Source of the DNA: an uncultured Planctomycetia bacterium | GTDB lineage: Bacteria > Omnitrophota > Gorgyraeia > 1-14-0-20-64-10 | DNA length: 60,268 bases | Direction of reading: 5' to 3' | Assembly (NCBI GenBank): GCA_964597545.1 | Contig: CAZQXN010000011.1 | Coordinates: 1-60,268, forward strand | In this document: positions 48,812 through 58,211 of the stretch, piece after piece | How the letters are laid out: every line of letters starts with the position of its first letter | Numbering within the stretch: position 1 is the first letter of the stretch | Notes under the pieces: model-generated | What the model saw: the letters and a program-made list of their open reading frames with translations, nothing else | What the model was told of the DNA's origin: nothing | The model's database searches: none | Program-made: the position numbers and the translations under genes

Positions 48812-51400
48812 CTACGTGGGCCGAGCAGAGCGGTTTTCAAACCGGGTGAACTCCCTTAAGAAGATCATCGGCACAGACCCCACGGGACCGTTCCTCTGCT
48901 TGGCAATGTTGACATCAGCCAAACCCCGGTTCTCATCCGTAGGCCGATACACCTCTTCCCGGAACAGCAGCATGACCAGGTCGGCGTCTTGTTCAATAGC
49001 CCCACTGTTGTGAACAACAATGTTGTTGGCAACAAAATTATGTGTTTCCGGAATGACAAGATCGTATGTCATTTCTTCGCCGTCTGGCTCAATGCTCACT
49101 ATGGTATCCCACAAAACATCGCTCCGGGCAAGCCGCTGAAGATCGGTCGCCTCCAGAGTGACCGCTACCCGTTCTAATGTGGATCTATCCATCTCTTTTC
49201 GTTGGCAACGATAGCCCAGTTCGCTCCATGAAAACCCTTGGGTTTTCGCTCGATGCTGCACAACTTCCGTTACCAGCAAAGGCAAACGGTCCAGGTGGAG
49301 GTTCGATCTGGGAACATTAAACCAGGCCGCGGCATCCTGCAAGCGCTTCCCTTTTCGTCCGGGTATTGTGATGGCATCTGCAAACCGGGCAATCTGCTCA
49401 CGACCATCAATCGCTAATGTCGCAATGTCTACGGTGGATTTTGTGTGTCGGGTGGGCCTTCCAAGGGACGAAAGGATTCCCAAGCGGAGCAGCAACTGCT
49501 GCACGTCGTGAAGCAGCTTCATGCTCGTCGATACATACTTTATCGTATACCGATTGGACCGCCGCACAACAGAACCATCTCCCGCATAGAGACCGCCTAA
49601 GAATGCCGAGACAACGCAAGGGGATCCCCTGAGAATAACATCGGGCACCTGCTTCTGGGCAGTCAACTGGCCATGGATGCCCAGCGTTCTTAGCCAATTA
49701 ACGAGGGGATTCTTTCCGGGCCCGAAACCATTCGGAACAGTAAATTCTAAATGCGCTGTCCCGGACCAATGTGTTTTATGCCGCGCGGGAATGTGAAATT
49801 CCTTCTGGGAAATCTGTTCCGCATCCCGTATGACATCAGGATCATCATTGGCAAGGCTAACACTTCGCCAGCGGCCATAGGAACCATCGCTTAACAGATA
49901 GCCCAGCAGCCTTGCCCGATCCAGGGAAATCTCTCCATTGCCTGCAACCGGAAGCTGTCTCGGGACTGCAATGCGCACGCCAGAAGCTAAATCCTTGAGA
50001 GGCCTCCATCCGGCAATGGTAAGGAACGGATGATTGTCTGATGCTCGAATAACTCGACCCGTTGCGGTTCTTAGGCGATAAACCCGCTTGATGCCCGATT
50101 GAACTATTTTCTCGGGAATCGTCTTCTCCAGCTTCCAACCCTGTGTCAAAGTGAATACTGGAATGCGAATAGCCCTTTCATACATCTCCTGAATCTTGTA
50201 TGCCTGGCCTGTCTCGGCATGAGTCAGCAAGGTATCTCCTGAGAGACATTCCCTCAGGTCCGACAACTGAGGGCGGCGGTCTTCGCGGCTCTCTGGAGCG
50301 CGGGAGAGCTGGCTGATGGCAATGACCGGCACGTTGAGCTCCTTGGCCAAAGCCTTTAAGGACCTGGAGATTTCAGACATTTCCTGCTGGCGGTTCTCAG
50401 AACGGAAGGAGCCCCGCATCATCTGCATGTAGTCCACAATGATCAAACCCACCTGATGCTGGTTGGCAAGGCGCCGTGCTTTGGCCCGCAGCTCCAGGGC
50501 GGTCAGGGATGGACTGTCATCAATCAAGATCGGAGCCTCAGAGAGCTTTCCGGCAGCATTGGTCAGCCTCGGCCAATCGGCCTGCGCCAAGAAACCGGTC
50601 CGAGCCTTGTGGACATCCACCCGGGCATGCGCACACAGCATCCGGTGCACCAACTGCTCCTTGGACATCTCGAGGCTGAAGATCACCACCGGGGTCCGCT
50701 CGACGACCCCGACATGCTCTGCGATACAGGTGGCAAAAGCGGATTTCCCCATGGAGGGGCGTCCCGCCACGATGACCAAATCCGATGGCTGCAGCCCTGC
50801 AGTCTGGACGTCCAGATCATGGAGCCCCGTGGGAATACCGGTGACCACCTCCTTGCGCTGATAGAGCTTCTCCATCGTCTCGATGGACTCGCGAAGCATC
50901 TCCTTGACCATGATCGCCTTCTGATCCTGGGAGCGAGTAGCAATCTCAAAGAGCAGCTGCTCGGCCTTGTCCAGGAGGGTATCTACATCATCCTGATTCT
51001 CGTAGCACTCCCCTACAATCTGTGTACCGGTAGCAATCAGGGTGCGCAGGACGGATTTTTCTCGAACAATCTTGGCGTAGTACTGAATGTTGGCTGAGGT
51101 GGGCACGATGGTCGTGAGCGACGCCAGGTAGTGCGCTCCGCCGATGGCCTCCAGCTCGCCCGCTGCTTTCATCTCTTCGGTTAAGGTCACCAAGTCAACC
51201 GGCTTTTGGCGGGCGAAGAGATTGGTCATGGCCCGGAAGATCTTCTGGTGGGAATCCCGGTAGAAATAAGCCGACTGCAGCATTTCCATGCCGATCGGGA
51301 CGGCCTGTTCATTCATCAGGAGGGAGCCCAAGACCGCCTGCTCTGCTTCCAGGTTCTGCGGCGGGACCCGCTCAATCAGCTGTTCAGTTGTCGGCGACAA
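48812..51400 (-). CDS. dnaB: Replicative DNA helicase DnaB, interrupted by an intein
   Basis: 862 aa. The extein has a DnaB N-domain (PPQNLEAEQAVLGSLL), Walker A AGRPSMGKSAFA, and IIVDYMQMM. ...SQLSRAPESREDRRPQLSDLRE is followed by a 414-aa insert, then SGAIEQDADLVMLLFREEVY. Confidence 0.93.
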   Translation of the reverse strand: MSPTTEQLIERVPPQNLEAEQAVLGSLLMNEQAVPIGMEMLQSAYFYRDSHQKIFRAMTNLFARQKPVDLVTLTEEMKAAGELEAIGGAHYLASLTTIVPTSANIQYYAKIVREKSVLRTLIATGTQIVGECYENQDDVDTLLDKAEQLLFEIATRSQDQKAIMVKEMLRESIETMEKLYQRKEVVTGIPTGLHDLDVQTAGLQPSDLVIVAGRPSMGKSAFATCIAEHVGVVERTPVVIFSLEMSKEQLVHRMLCAHARVDVHKARTGFLAQADWPRLTNAAGKLSEAPILIDDSPSLTALELRAKARRLANQHQVGLIIVDYMQMMRGSFRSENRQQEMSEISRSLKALAKELNVPVIAISQLSRAPESREDRRPQLSDLRECLSGDTLLTHAETGQAYKIQEMYERAIRIPVFTLTQGWKLEKTIPEKIVQSGIKRVYRLRTATGRVIRASDNHPFLTIAGWRPLKDLASGVRIAVPRQLPVAGNGEISLDRARLLGYLLSDGSYGRWRSVSLANDDPDVIRDAEQISQKEFHIPARHKTHWSGTAHLEFTVPNGFGPGKNPLVNWLRTLGIHGQLTAQKQVPDVILRGSPCVVSAFLGGLYAGDGSVVRRSNRYTIKYVSTSMKLLHDVQQLLLRLGILSSLGRPTRHTKSTVDIATLAIDGREQIARFADAITIPGRKGKRLQDAAAWFNVPRSNLHLDRLPLLVTEVVQHRAKTQGFSWSELGYRCQRKEMDRSTLERVAVTLEATDLQRLARSDVLWDTIVSIEPDGEEMTYDLVIPETHNFVANNIVVHNSGAIEQDADLVMLLFREEVYRPTDENRGLADVNIAKQRNGPVGSVPMIFLREFTRFENRSARPT
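49007..50248 (-). mobile_element. DnaB intein (414 aa) with a LAGLIDADG homing-endonuclease domain
   Basis: Begins with Cys (CLSGDTLL) and ends ...NNIVVHN, followed by Ser. Internal LLGYLLSDGSY and FLGGLYAGDGSV are LAGLIDADG motifs. The insertion point is close to that of the Synechocystis DnaB intein (before ...IEQDADL). Confidence 0.88.
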
Positions 51401-51830
51401 CGGACACCTTTAAAGAGACGGTAACTTCTGGATGAAGCTTAACTGGAACTTCGACCAAACCCACCTGCGCAATGGGCTTTTCCAGGGCAATCTGCTGCTT
51501 GTTAAGCGCAATACCTTGAGCCTGGAGATTGTCTTGGATGTCTCCAGCTGTTACTGCCCCGTGCAGCTTCCCCTGCGCGCCAACCGCAACAGGGATCGTG
51601 CAGGTCACCCCTTCAAGCTGTTTGCTCAATAGATCGGCTTTGGCCCGGGTTTTCTCGAGCGTGCGCAGTTTGGCCACAGCCTGCGCATCGGCCTGGCGCC
51701 GATTGGAGCCGGTTGCTGGCAAAACCAGGCCCTTAGGGATCAGGTAATTGCGGGCATAGCCGTCCTTGACGCTAACCTTCTCTCCGGCCTTGCCCAGGCG
51801 CGGAACATCCTGAACTAAGATTATTTCCAT
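51384..51830 (-). CDS. rplI: 50S ribosomal protein L9
   Basis: 148 aa. MEIILVQDVPRLGKAGEKVSVKDGYARNYLIPKG is the L9 signature. Confidence 0.93.
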   Translation of the reverse strand: MEIILVQDVPRLGKAGEKVSVKDGYARNYLIPKGLVLPATGSNRRQADAQAVAKLRTLEKTRAKADLLSKQLEGVTCTIPVAVGAQGKLHGAVTAGDIQDNLQAQGIALNKQQIALEKPIAQVGLVEVPVKLHPEVTVSLKVSVVADN

Positions 51831-51883
51831 CTCAATCTCTCTTGTGTGTATGGGTCAGACCTCTGCGTACAACAATGTACGAA

Positions 51884-51942
51884 AGGGTCAGGCACTTTGA
51901 TACAGGAATACAGGCCCAGCAAGCACAAAAGTGCCAGACCCT
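51884..51942. repeat. 15-bp imperfect inverted repeat (AGGGTCAGGCACTTT-N29-AAAGTGCCAGACCCT) between rpsR and rplI
   Basis: Arms at 51884-51898 and 51928-51942 with one mismatch. The second arm overlaps the rpsR stop. The arms look like a diverged relative of the GGGTCAGACCC word. Confidence 0.7.
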
Positions 51943-52204
51943 ACGCAGTTGCCAGATAAGGCATGAGTGCTACCGCCCTGGCTCTTTTCACGGCCCGAGC
52001 CAACTGCCGCTGGTGCCGAGCGCAGGCTCCGGAGACGCGCCGCGGAAGAATTTTTCCCCGCTCAGAGGTCAATTTTGAGAGCCGAACGGTATCGCGAAAA
52101 TCGATCTCCTTGATTTTGTCTGCACAAAACTTACAACTCTTGCGCCGGAAAACGCGGTTGCGCGGAGCGGACCGTCTGGGTTTTCGCTTAAAGGGAGAAG
52201 GCAT
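51941..52204 (-). CDS. rpsR: 30S ribosomal protein S18
   Basis: 87 aa. [53 protein letters not shown]. Confidence 0.93.
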   Translation of the reverse strand: MPSPFKRKPRRSAPRNRVFRRKSCKFCADKIKEIDFRDTVRLSKLTSERGKILPRRVSGACARHQRQLARAVKRARAVALMPYLATA

Positions 52205-52674
52205 TAGAAGGGCACCTCCTCACTGGGATCAGCCGCTGGTGGGTTGTCCGGAGCCGCTTGGGCAGGATCCGGCTCAGCTACCGGAGCCGCTTGCGACCCC
52301 TCTGCTTCGGCCGGCCGCGAGGCTTCATCCGTGGTTCGGGAGCCCCCCCTGCTCAAAAACTGAATGTTCTGCGCCACCACCTCGATGGTAGAGCGCTTCT
52401 GGCCATCCTGCGCTTCCCAGCTGCGGCTCTGCAGCCTGCCTTCCACAAAAACAGGGGAACCCTTGGAAAGGTACTCGCCGCACAGTTCTGCCTGGCGACT
52501 CCATGAGACCACCCGAACGAAACAGGTCTCTTCCCGCTTCTCGCCGGATGCCAATGTGTAGGCCCGGCCGGAAGCCACCGTAAAGGTCGCCACCGCCGTA
52601 CCGCTGGGAATGTACCTCAACTCCGGATCCCGGGTGAGGTTACCGATCAAAAATACTTTGTTCAAATTCGCCAT
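52204..52674 (-). CDS. ssb: Single-stranded DNA-binding protein
   Basis: [34 protein letters not shown] forms the OB fold, followed by a Pro/Ala-rich tail ending EEVPF. The start is taken at the second of two adjacent ATGs, 6 nt after GGAGG. The long ORF adds 19 implausible codons. Confidence 0.9.
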   Translation of the reverse strand: MANLNKVFLIGNLTRDPELRYIPSGTAVATFTVASGRAYTLASGEKREETCFVRVVSWSRQAELCGEYLSKGSPVFVEGRLQSRSWEAQDGQKRSTIEVVAQNIQFLSRGGSRTTDEASRPAEAEGSQAAPVAEPDPAQAAPDNPPAADPSEEVPF

Positions 52675-52696
52675 CATACGCCTCCAAACTAAGGTC

Positions 52697-52775
52697 TTGG
52701 TACCTGGTGCCGAAATTGGTGCCGGGTACACTTGCTGTACCCGGTACCGGGCTTAGGTTCTGGTACCTGGTACCG
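52697..52775. repeat. Composite GGTACC-based palindromic element between ssb and rpsF
   Basis: ttggtacctggtgccg ... ccgggtaca-cttgc-tgtacccgg (9-bp hairpin, 52722-52744) ... ggtacctggtaccgat. The last word encodes the S6 C-terminus ...SVPGTRT. Confidence 0.8.
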
Positions 52776-53121
52776 ATTTCAGATTTTTATCTTCCGGCTT
52801 GGTAGAAACCTCGGGTACAGCAGGTGCACCCTGAATCACCATTAAACGCAGGATAGAATCCATAAGAGCAGTTACCTTGCGTAATTCCTCTACTCCCTTC
52901 GGAGGAAGCTCCATCTGAGCCTGGAAGTAATTGCCTTCGGAGAAGCGCTTGATCTTGTAGGTCAGCCTGCGCTTGCCGAGGGCGGTCCAATCCACCATCT
53001 TCCCTTCCAAGCGCACAACCGCTTGATCCAATGCGGCCTTAAGCTTGGTCAGTGCCTCCTCGTTTAAACTTGGACTTGCTATGACGATGCCTGTATAACG
53101 TCGGAGAGAATCTGCCATCAC
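52753..53121 (-). CDS. rpsF: 30S ribosomal protein S6
   Basis: 122 aa. RRYTGIVIASPSLNEEAL...GKRRLTYKIKRFSEGNYFQ. Sits in the conserved rpsF-ssb-rpsR-rplI order. Confidence 0.9.
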   Translation of the reverse strand: MMADSLRRYTGIVIASPSLNEEALTKLKAALDQAVVRLEGKMVDWTALGKRRLTYKIKRFSEGNYFQAQMELPPKGVEELRKVTALMDSILRLMVIQGAPAVPEVSTKPEDKNLKSVPGTRT

Positions 53122-53699
53122 TCGCTTTTCACCTTTTGATTGAATTGATTCATGGCGGCTGTCATGCCCTGTGACAACCAGGCCTCAGCGGCCTCGGTCG
53201 CCAATGTCAACCCTTCAGCCAAAGGGCCTTTTTCTGTTTCCAGGAAACATTTCAGTACATAATCGGCCCAATCGGCCGACTGCCCTGCCTCAGCCCCCTG
53301 GATGCCCACTCGGAGTCTCGGAATTGCCTCGCTCCCTGCGGCTGCCAGGATGTCGGAGAGACCCAGGTGGCCTCCGTCGGAACCTTGAGCCCGCAGGCGA
53401 ATCATCCCCAGCGGCAGCGAAAGATCATCGCAGATGACCAACATGTCCGTCGGCTCCGCCGACCAAGATTCCAGCAGGCAGCGCGCCGCTTCACCGGAAC
53501 GGTTCATCCACGTCTGGGGTTGGGCCAAGCATACCGCCTGATCGCATGCCTCGCCCTTGCCAATCTTCGAGCGGCAGCCTTCCGAATCGAGGGCAATGGA
53601 CCAACGCTGGGCAAGCTTTTCGACAACCATAAACCCAACGTTGTGGCGCGTTCCGCAATAGTCAGAGCCTGGGTTGCCTAATCCTACGATCAGTTTCAA
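53118..53699 (-). CDS. pth: Peptidyl-tRNA hydrolase
   Basis: 193 aa. MKLIVGLGNPGSDYCGTRHNVGF signature. Confidence 0.93.
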   Translation of the reverse strand: MKLIVGLGNPGSDYCGTRHNVGFMVVEKLAQRWSIALDSEGCRSKIGKGEACDQAVCLAQPQTWMNRSGEAARCLLESWSAEPTDMLVICDDLSLPLGMIRLRAQGSDGGHLGLSDILAAAGSEAIPRLRVGIQGAEAGQSADWADYVLKCFLETEKGPLAEGLTLATEAAEAWLSQGMTAAMNQFNQKVKSE

Positions 53700-53717
53700 C
53701 TTAGCTTCGCTGCTGCC

Positions 53718-54479
53718 TTATTCCTTCTTCGCTTCTTTCTTCTTATCCTCGGCCTCGGCCTCACCCTCTTTGGCCTTGGCTTCGGCGTCTTCAGCCGCAA
53801 TCTCCTCAGGGGACTTCTGCTTCAAGACCTCAGGCTCCTCCCCTTCGGCAGCCTCCTCGGCAGCAGGTGCCGGCTCTTCCTCCACCCGTGGCGCCACGCA
53901 AGCAACCACCGGCTGCTCCGGATCGGTCAACAGCTGCACCCCAGGAGGCAAGGCAACGTCTTTGACATGGAGGGACTTGCCCAAAGCCAGATCATCGATG
54001 GGAACGATGATCTCCGCAGGAATTTCGGTCGGCAAACACTCCACCTCAAGCTCCCAGCGCAGGTGCTCCATGACACCCCCTTCCTGCTTGACGCCGATCG
54101 CCTCACCCTTAAAGTTCAAGGGAACATTAACGGTAATCTTCTTCGTCAGGGAAACCCGGTAGAAATCGGCATGAATGACCCGGCGGGAGACCGGGTGGTG
54201 CTGAAGATCCTTGATGAGCACTGCCGCCTCCTTCGCATCCTTCTTCTTCGTGGCAGCATCGAGCCTGAGGGTAAGCAAGACATTCTCTCCGGCCTTGGTG
54301 TGCAGTGCCCGGTCCAGATCACCGGCCGATATCTGAATCGGCAAGGAAGCCTTCTTGTCGCCGTAGACCACTGCAGGGATCAATCCTTCCCTGCGCATGA
54401 CCTTGGCCGGCCCCTTACCCGAAGTGGACCGTGTGGACGCCTCTAAAACAACTTTCTGCTCTTCTTTTTTTGTTGCCAT
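53718..54479 (-). CDS. rplY: 50S ribosomal protein L25 / general stress protein Ctc, with an acidic/Lys-rich tail
   Basis: 253 aa. GKGPAKVMRREGLIPAVVYG...HPVSRRVIHADF, followed by the tail EEPAPAAEEAAEGEE...KKKEAKKE. Confidence 0.9.
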   Translation of the reverse strand: MATKKEEQKVVLEASTRSTSGKGPAKVMRREGLIPAVVYGDKKASLPIQISAGDLDRALHTKAGENVLLTLRLDAATKKKDAKEAAVLIKDLQHHPVSRRVIHADFYRVSLTKKITVNVPLNFKGEAIGVKQEGGVMEHLRWELEVECLPTEIPAEIIVPIDDLALGKSLHVKDVALPPGVQLLTDPEQPVVACVAPRVEEEPAPAAEEAAEGEEPEVLKQKSPEEIAAEDAEAKAKEGEAEAEDKKKEAKKE

Positions 54480-54503
54480 GATGAGTGGGTCAGCTCCTTG
54501 TGT

Positions 54504-55553
54504 TTATGAAGTGCGAACGGCTCTTTTGGAAGTCTTGGGGTTCTTCGATTTTGCCTTAAGTCTACGGGGCGCCTTGGGGGAAATCTTTTTGGATTCCTCC
54601 TCCCACTGCTCATGAAAGAGGTGGCTGACCGACTGCTCCTCATGAATGGAGCGAATGGCCTCGGCAAAGAGGGGTGCAACCGAGAGCACCTTGAGCTTTT
54701 TAAAGCGGCGCTCCCGAGCAACCGGAATGGTATCGGTCACCAACAGCTCCTTTAAGGGGGCTGCAGAAAGACGTTCGGCGGCCGGACCGGACAAGATCGG
54801 ATGGGTGATGGCCGCTGAAACCTCTTTGGCCCCGGCATCCACCAGGGCGCGCACCGCACCGGCCAGTGAGCCGGCGGTGGAGACCATGTCGTCAACGATC
54901 AATGCCCGCTTGCCGTCAACCTCTCCCATGATGTCCATGACCTCGGCATCCATGTGGTTGACCCGGCGCTTGTCCACCATCGCCAGGGCTGCGCGCAAGC
55001 GCTTGGCGTAGGCGCGCGCTGTCTTGATCCCGCCAACATCCGGAGAAACCACAACCAAATCCTCGCTGGACCCCTTGGAGAAATGCTCCACAAAGACGTT
55101 GACAGCAAAGAGGTGGTCCAAGGGAATGTCGAAGAAACCTTGGATCTGACCGGCATGCAGGTCCATGGTGAGCACCCGATCAGCGCCAGCCTCGGTGATC
55201 AGGTTGGCGACCAACTTGGCGGTGATCGGAACCCGCGGCTGGTCCTTGCGGTCCTGCCGGGCATAGCCGTAGTAAGGGAGGACTGCGGTGATCCGTCGGG
55301 CGGAAGCACGGCGCAGGGCATCCAGCAAGATCAACAGCTCCATGAGGTTCTCATTGACCGGCGGGCAGGTCGGCTGAATGATAAAGACATCCTTGCCCCG
55401 GACATTTTGCCGGATCTTGACTCGAATCTCCCCTTCGCTGAAACGGTCCACCAGGGCGCGGCCCAAAGGAACCCCCAGCGCCTCCGCCACCTTCTGGGCA
55501 AAGGTTGGGTGTGCATTGCCTGTAAAGAGAACCAGATCGTCACTTATGCTCAT
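54504..55553 (-). CDS. prs: Ribose-phosphate pyrophosphokinase with a basic C-terminal tail
   Basis: 349 aa. LVLFTGNAHPTFAQKVAEALG, DLHAGQIQGFF and VDDMVSTAGS, with a tail KKISPKAPRRLKAKSKNPKTSKRAVRTS. Confidence 0.93.
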   Translation of the reverse strand: MSISDDLVLFTGNAHPTFAQKVAEALGVPLGRALVDRFSEGEIRVKIRQNVRGKDVFIIQPTCPPVNENLMELLILLDALRRASARRITAVLPYYGYARQDRKDQPRVPITAKLVANLITEAGADRVLTMDLHAGQIQGFFDIPLDHLFAVNVFVEHFSKGSSEDLVVVSPDVGGIKTARAYAKRLRAALAMVDKRRVNHMDAEVMDIMGEVDGKRALIVDDMVSTAGSLAGAVRALVDAGAKEVSAAITHPILSGPAAERLSAAPLKELLVTDTIPVARERRFKKLKVLSVAPLFAEAIRSIHEEQSVSHLFHEQWEEESKKISPKAPRRLKAKSKNPKTSKRAVRTS

Positions 55554-56779
55554 GGGTTTGTCCTCAGTGCGCTGCCGGCCCGAACCACCCCTTTGGCCGG
55601 AATAGAAACCGGACCCAAGAAGAGAGATCCTCCCTCAATCTTGGCCCCCTGACCAATGCGAATTTTCGCCGAAGGTTTAAAACCGTTCGTGCCGGGTTCA
55701 AAAGCAGTAACCGTCGCCACCCCGACCTGAACCTTCTGTCCAATCCGTGCATGAGAAATAAAGCTGTGCTGAAGAATGGTGGCTTCATTGCCCACTCGGC
55801 AATCGGAGAGTTCCGAGAAATTACTCACCCTGACCCGATCACCCAGTGTCGTCTCCGCCCCCAACCTGCAGAAGGGTCCCAGCTCACAACCGCGGCCCAC
55901 CTTGACCCCAGCTTCAATGACGGTATGGGGGTAGACCACGGTATCCTGCCCAATCTGTGCGGAGTCATCGATGTAAGTGGTGTAAGGATCCATGATCGTC
56001 ACACCGCCCAACATGAACCGCTCTAAGACCCGGCTGCGCATGACCGTCTGCACTCGGGCCAAATCCGCCCGGGTGTTGATTCCCAAAAACTCTCCCACCG
56101 AGCGGGTAGAGGCCGAAGCCATGGGAGCTGAAGATTTGACGAGGAAGGCAACCGTGTCGGTCAGGTAATATTCCCCGTTGGGAGCCGGCTTCAAGGTTTT
56201 TAAGGCGCCCCTGAGGGCCTTTAAGTTAAAGCAGTAAGCCCCGACATTGATCTCTTCAATCGCCCGTTCCGCCTGGGAGGCATCCGCATCCTCCACGATC
56301 CGAACAATTCGGCCGGTTTGATCCCGGACGATTCGTCCGTAGCCGGTAGGCTCCGGCAGGTGAGCAGTCAAGAGGGTGCAGGCTGCTTTTTCTCTGCGGT
56401 GCACATCAATCAATCCACGCACCGTCTGAGGGGTGATCAGCGGCGTATCCCCATAGAGAACCACCACATCCCCCTTACAACCCCGCAGCTTGGGCAGGGC
56501 CTGCATCACGGCATGTGCGGTCCCCTTCAAGGAGCGCTGAACCACCGTCTCAACCTCTGCGTCCAACTGGCTGCGCACCAGATCCGAACGATACCCCAAG
56601 ACCGCGACAACGCGGCGTACCCCGGCCTTGCGCACGGCATCAAGGACATGGCCGATCAGAGGCTTGCCGTAGAGGGAGTGCACCACCTTGGGGATGCGCG
56701 AGAGCATCCGGGTTCCATCCCCGGCCGCCAAGATAATTGCCGCCAGTGAAGCTGGATTACGCAACGGCCTTCTTCCCAT
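55550..56779 (-). CDS. glmU: GlmU-type bifunctional GlcNAc-1-P uridyltransferase / GlcN-1-P acetyltransferase (short form)
   Basis: 409 aa. [12 protein letters not shown] nucleotidyltransferase motif, then a C-terminal left-handed beta-helix. Shorter than typical GlmU, so bifunctionality is inferred. Confidence 0.8.
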   Translation of the reverse strand: MGRRPLRNPASLAAIILAAGDGTRMLSRIPKVVHSLYGKPLIGHVLDAVRKAGVRRVVAVLGYRSDLVRSQLDAEVETVVQRSLKGTAHAVMQALPKLRGCKGDVVVLYGDTPLITPQTVRGLIDVHRREKAACTLLTAHLPEPTGYGRIVRDQTGRIVRIVEDADASQAERAIEEINVGAYCFNLKALRGALKTLKPAPNGEYYLTDTVAFLVKSSAPMASASTRSVGEFLGINTRADLARVQTVMRSRVLERFMLGGVTIMDPYTTYIDDSAQIGQDTVVYPHTVIEAGVKVGRGCELGPFCRLGAETTLGDRVRVSNFSELSDCRVGNEATILQHSFISHARIGQKVQVGVATVTAFEPGTNGFKPSAKIRIGQGAKIEGGSLFLGPVSIPAKGVVRAGSALRTNP

Positions 56780-58013
56780 CGGTAAAGACCAAAACCGGCG
56801 GTGTTCCCTTCTTCACGGAGTCGCTGGTTATGATGCATTCGGTCACATCGCGCCTCTCCGGAAGGTCAAACATCACCTCCAGCATGATCTCTTCAAGGAT
56901 CCCGCGAATCGCTCGAGCCCCGGTTTTCTTGTTGATGACCTTCTGCGCGATCTCCCGGAGGGCATCGGCTTCGACGGTCAACTTGACATTCTCGATCTCA
57001 AAGAACTTCTGATATTGCCGAACAATGGCGTTCTTGGGCTTGAGCATCACATCGACCAGCTCATCCTCAGAGAGAGGCTTAAAGGGAGAGACCACCGGTA
57101 AGCGCCCCACAAATTCAGGGATCATGCCAAACTGGATCAAGTCCTCCGGTTCAGCCTGAGACAAAATCGCCCCGAGCTCCGCTCGGGTCTCGGCCGCCGA
57201 ATGGGGGTGGTGGTGAAAGCCCATCACCTTGCGCCCTACCCTGCGGCTGATGATCTTCTCCAGCCCCGTGAAGGTCCCGCCGCAGATAAAGAGGATGTCC
57301 GAGGTATCGACCTGCAGATACTCTGACTGTGGATGCTTGCGCCCCCCTTGGGGTGGAACATTGGCCGTGGTTCCCTCTAAGATCTTGAGGAGCGCCTGCT
57401 GCACCCCTTCCCCGGAGACATCCCGGGTAATGGAAACGTTCTCCTGGGTCTTGCCGACCTTGTCGATCTCATCGATGTAGACGATACCGGCCTGAGCCTT
57501 TTTCACATCGTACTTGCAGGCCTGCAGGAGCCTTAAGAGCACATTCTCTACATCCTCCCCCACATAACCTGCCTCAGTAAGCGGGGTCGCATCACAGATG
57601 GTAAAGGGAACATCTAAGATCTTCGCGAGGGTCCTCGCCATCAAGGTTTTGCCGGATCCGGTCGGGCCGATCAGCAGGATGTTGGACTTTTCCAGCTCCA
57701 CACCATCATCCTTGGGAGCAGCCCAAATCCGCTTGTAATGGTTGTAGACCGCTACAGAGAGCTGGCGCTTTGAGCGCTCTTGGCCGACGATGTACTCATC
57801 CAACCGCTGCTTGATTTGCGTAGGCTTAGGCAGCTCTTGGAGCGTAGGGGTCTTCTGGGGGGCCTCAACCAAATCCTCCTCTTTGGTCAGGATCTGGCCG
57901 CAGAGCTTAACGCACAGGTCGCAAATGTAGACCCCACCCGGCCCGCTGAAGAGCTTCTTGATGCGCTCGCGGCCGCGGCCGCAAAAGGAGCATCTTTCCC
58001 GCATATTTGGCAT
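56757..58013 (-). CDS. clpX: ATP-dependent Clp protease ATP-binding subunit ClpX
   Basis: 418 aa. Zinc-binding CSFCGR...YICDLCV, Walker [10 protein letters not shown], and IVYIDEIDK. Confidence 0.95.
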   Translation of the reverse strand: MPNMRERCSFCGRGRERIKKLFSGPGGVYICDLCVKLCGQILTKEEDLVEAPQKTPTLQELPKPTQIKQRLDEYIVGQERSKRQLSVAVYNHYKRIWAAPKDDGVELEKSNILLIGPTGSGKTLMARTLAKILDVPFTICDATPLTEAGYVGEDVENVLLRLLQACKYDVKKAQAGIVYIDEIDKVGKTQENVSITRDVSGEGVQQALLKILEGTTANVPPQGGRKHPQSEYLQVDTSDILFICGGTFTGLEKIISRRVGRKVMGFHHHPHSAAETRAELGAILSQAEPEDLIQFGMIPEFVGRLPVVSPFKPLSEDELVDVMLKPKNAIVRQYQKFFEIENVKLTVEADALREIAQKVINKKTGARAIRGILEEIMLEVMFDLPERRDVTECIITSDSVKKGTPPVLVFTDGKKAVA

Positions 58014-58102
58014 ATTTTTTCCTCTAACTCACACGCACAAAAGGAGAAACGAACAAAGGAGTGCATGGATATCGATGGACGCGCAAGGGCGCGGCAGACA
58101 AA

Positions 58103-58132
58103 TATTATATGCTCAGCCACCCCCGGTTGACA
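58103..58132 (-). promoter_or_regulatory. Candidate sigma70 promoter for clpX
   Basis: Reverse strand TTGTCA (58132-58127), 18 nt, TATAAT (58108-58103), about 90 nt upstream of the clpX ATG. Confidence 0.45.
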
Positions 58133-58152
58133 AGCCTAAATACGTGGAAAGA

Positions 58153-58211
58153 GGGACGTTCCATTTGGGGACACTCCATCTTACGCGGTGTGTCCCTTTA
58201 TGAAGCACCCC
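58153..58211 (+). repeat. Roughly 60-nt GGGAC-rich repeat element, copy 2 (opposite orientation to copy 1)
   Basis: gggacgttccatttggggacactccatcttacgcggtgtgtccctttatgaagcacccc. It overlaps the last codons and the stop of the cobA/hemD gene. Confidence 0.8.

Noticed and set aside
53674-54162. 162-aa Ser/Ala-rich plus-strand ORF
   Set aside because: It is antisense to rplY. The low-complexity Ser/Ala run is the reverse-frame image of the L25 acidic/Ala tail.
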